64,000 nt of DNA from Thermoprotei archaeon (GTDB lineage: Archaea > Thermoproteota > Thermoprotei > Thermoproteales > B15-G16), in NCBI GenBank assembly GCA_003649205.1, contig QMRC01000001.1:32001-96000 (forward strand). Reading direction: 5' to 3'. The notes under the pieces were generated by a model. The model searched no databases. It had not been told where the DNA came from and worked only from the letters and a program-made list of their open reading frames with translations. A program made the position numbers and the translations under genes. Positions 61,293 through 64,000 of the stretch are shown one piece after another (position 1 is the first letter of the stretch; every line of letters starts with the position of its first letter).

Positions 61293-62203
61293 TAACACGT
61301 GAATTAACTAAGGTCTATAGTGGCTATGTTGTAGCGAATGACAATATCAACATTACGGTCAATAGAGGTGAGGTAGTTGGTATACTTGGTCCTAATGGTG
61401 CTGGTAAGACAACTTTCGTTCGACAGGTCATAGGTGTGCTTAAGCCAACACGTGGATACATTGAGCTACTTGGTCACAAGGTACCTGATGAGATTCACAG
61501 GGTTAAGCACTTCATTGGGTATATGCCTCAGTACCCAGCTTACTACCATGGAGTAACTGTATACCAGCTAGTGTACTACATCGCTAGACTATACGGTATG
61601 TCTAGACGAGAGGCAAAGAGTAGGACTTCTGAAATTCTCAAGGAGATGAACCTCCTAGACTACGCTAACTACTATCACAATAACCTCTCAGTTGGTCTAG
61701 CTAGAGTAACTTACTTTTGCTCAGCTATAGTTCACGATCCAGAGTTCCTAGTACTAGATGAACCAACTAGTATGTTGGATCCATCTATGAGACGTAGAGT
61801 GATATCGAAGATTAAGGAGATGAAGAGACAGGGTAAGACCGTACTTCTGACGACAAATATCATTAGGGATGTTGAGGAGCTATGTGATAGGGTTTACTTC
61901 CTACTAAATGGTAGAGTATTGCTTGAGGGTAGTCCTAGTGAGATTGTATCTCGTATTCTCGGTACAATTAAGGTTCATGTCAAGGTTCGTGAGAAAATTC
62001 CGCTAGAAGAGATGATTAGAGAAAGGTATGGAGATTGCATCGAATCTATTGAGTACTTAGAGGACAATGAGATTGTGCTGAGTGTAAGGAATCTAGTTAG
62101 GGCTTTGGATTTTGTTAAGGAGATAGCGAAGGTAGCAAACATAACCTATATCTCAATCTCAACTCCATCACTTGAGGAGGTGTACCTGAAGATATATGGT
62201 TGA
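61280..62203 (+). CDS. ABC-2 type exporter ATP-binding protein
   Basis: GPNGAGKTT, GYMPQ, LDEPT..LDP. Overlaps the end of the radical SAM gene. Confidence 0.9.
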   Translation: MQVLITRELTKVYSGYVVANDNINITVNRGEVVGILGPNGAGKTTFVRQVIGVLKPTRGYIELLGHKVPDEIHRVKHFIGYMPQYPAYYHGVTVYQLVYYIARLYGMSRREAKSRTSEILKEMNLLDYANYYHNNLSVGLARVTYFCSAIVHDPEFLVLDEPTSMLDPSMRRRVISKIKEMKRQGKTVLLTTNIIRDVEELCDRVYFLLNGRVLLEGSPSEIVSRILGTIKVHVKVREKIPLEEMIRERYGDCIESIEYLEDNEIVLSVRNLVRALDFVKEIAKVANITYISISTPSLEEVYLKIYG

Positions 62204-62945
62204 GGTGGTGAAGGGTATGGTCATGAAGTACCTACGGTCATTAGTAGCTCTATCCACGATGCATCTTAGAGTACTCCTATACTTCTGGCCATATTACCTA
62301 ATGTCCTCACTCCTTACACCACTACTCGTAGTACTCATGCTCTACTACGTACTTGGGTACACAGCAAATGTACTCTACCTGATATGCGCTATGTTCACAC
62401 TATCTTCACTGGGCACATTCACAATGATTTCACAGGACATAAGTAGTCTGAAGCAAACACAGGTGTATGAGTTCTACGCATCATTACCCATATCTCCACT
62501 AGACTACGTGCTATCAAAGCTAATAGCTAATTTAGTCATGTACATACCATCCATAGCTGTATTACTGCTAACTGGATACTTGCTGACAGGTACTCTACCA
62601 AACATACCACTATTCGCTATAGCTGTAGTCATTTCCTACACAGCATTTATATGGTTAGGTATGATCGTAGGACTATACTCACGAAATCCAGTACAGGCTA
62701 ACGTCATATCAATGATTGTGTACCTAGTACTTCTCTTTGGATCACCAATGTATGGACCTATATCCAACACCAACTTAGTGCTTAGAACTGCAGCTCTAGT
62801 ATTACCGACAACGCATATAGCTAAGGTATTCCGCTCCTCATACTGCATTGAAAGCGTGAGCCCTGATACAATCACTTACCTAGCTATATGGTACATAGTG
62901 AACACTGTGATCATATCTAGAAGGTTAAGGTGGACATTAGAGTAA
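62196..62945 (+). CDS. ABC-2 type exporter permease
   Basis: About six TM segments, E.Y.SLPIS..Y..SK, LP.T motif. Overlaps the ATPase stop. Confidence 0.85.
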   Translation: MVEVVKGMVMKYLRSLVALSTMHLRVLLYFWPYYLMSSLLTPLLVVLMLYYVLGYTANVLYLICAMFTLSSLGTFTMISQDISSLKQTQVYEFYASLPISPLDYVLSKLIANLVMYIPSIAVLLLTGYLLTGTLPNIPLFAIAVVISYTAFIWLGMIVGLYSRNPVQANVISMIVYLVLLFGSPMYGPISNTNLVLRTAALVLPTTHIAKVFRSSYCIESVSPDTITYLAIWYIVNTVIISRRLRWTLE

Positions 62946-63149
62946 TGAAGTTTAAAGATCTGCGGAAATAGGTTCGACTTAACAGCAATATTGAGTGATG
63001 GTAGTAGTAATGTACCTGGGGCAAGTATATGAAGTTCAAGGTCTCTAGTTCTTGTGCAGGGAATGCATCCATCATCAGGAGATTGTGTGACTGCTGAAGT
63101 ATGTAGTTGTGTCTGTGGATTGCTCTATCGCTTGTACTTATTATCCGCT

Positions 63150-63861
63150 ATAAGCAGAAACAGGAGTTGCATATACAAACCTCGCATCAGCATCATCAAG
63201 TCCTAGCTCGCAAAGCTTAGAGTAAAGTTCGCGAAATGCTGTAGGAGGTTCATCATCAGTCAAGTACCGTATCATTACTTCCAAATCACTCTCTACCTCC
63301 TGTAACCTATTCCTTAGCAAAACAACATGCAATAATTGAGGGATAGCCATAGCTACTACAGTGCTTGCAGATAATGGTCGTGATGAAATTTCAACTCTAC
63401 TACCAATACCAGGAGTGAATTGATGCGATGGAGATACAGAGCACAGCCTCTCCATACTACTCCGCTACTCACCTACAACATCAAGGTACTTAGCTATTTC
63501 CTCACGATTTCAGATAAAGCGACATTCGAGAGAAGTAGTACTCAAGTCAATAATTGACCTATTGAATCGATTGATAGTGACGAGACATAGCAGGAGGAGA
63601 CTTGTTCAGGTGTACTACGAAACACGGGTTAGGGAGAACATTGAGAAAGCTACTGAGTAGCTTAGGGATATAGGTATGACCAATGTTAGGGTGTATGAGG
63701 ATAAGGCGAAGAATGGTGTAGTGTATAGACTTTATTTTGGTGTTAGCAAGTCAACTGTAGGCATTCTATACAGGTTACTTGAAGAGATGAGGAAGATGAG
63801 TGTTGACCAAGATAAGGTAGTGAAGTTGGAGGAGGCAATAAAGTTCTTGACTCAGGAGTAA
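63150..63861 (+). pseudogene. Decayed gene remnant, including track ORF 63676-63861
   Basis: The frame of ORF 63676 extends upstream through in-frame stops at 63658 and 63421. Boundaries approximate. Confidence 0.35.
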
Positions 63862-64000
63862 ATGCTGACACTGGAGCATCATTTGGGATGCTTGGGTTAG
63901 AACATCAGAGAGCTTTTCTCTGTTGCTTTCTAAATGAAGTAATTTGCTGATACCTGTCTGGTTGCTCTCATGTGAGATTTCTGATTTCTTATTCAGCTTC

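Noticed and set aside
1-64000. CRISPR array, rRNA, tRNA, integrase or transposase
   Set aside because: No regularly spaced repeats, cloverleaf structures or recombinase motifs were seen by eye. Intron-split tRNAs could have been missed.

Overview
This window comes from a Thermoproteota (crenarchaeal-type) archaeon, inferred from rps30e, a TFE-beta/Rpc34-like gene, gins23 next to mcm, GatDE, Nop5/fibrillarin and GGTGA ribosome-binding sites. Positions 1 to about 55.8 kb are dense core genome: class III ribonucleotide reductase, a four-gene group 3b [NiFe] hydrogenase, a GH38 alpha-mannosidase, a four-subunit 2-oxoacid:ferredoxin oxidoreductase, GatDE, box C/D proteins, tRNA-processing enzymes, TFB, a rearranged set of ribosomal protein genes, an Opp/Dpp ABC transporter and a gins23-mcm-hel308-HDAC operon. 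Both helicases carry inteins: a LAGLIDADG intein in MCM and a 149-aa mini-intein in Hel308. An unannotated box C/D sRNA lies at 325-393. After rps6e the sequence becomes an accessory region of decayed genes holding two candidate systems. The first is a putative archaeal RiPP cluster: an unannotated 37-aa precursor ORF (59831-59944), a radical SAM/SPASM maturase and an ABC-2 exporter. The second is a DUF3800-like (RNase H-fold) gene facing a convergent GC-rich structured RNA that has its own BRE/TATA promoter. All family calls are from motif reading by eye; no database searches were run.
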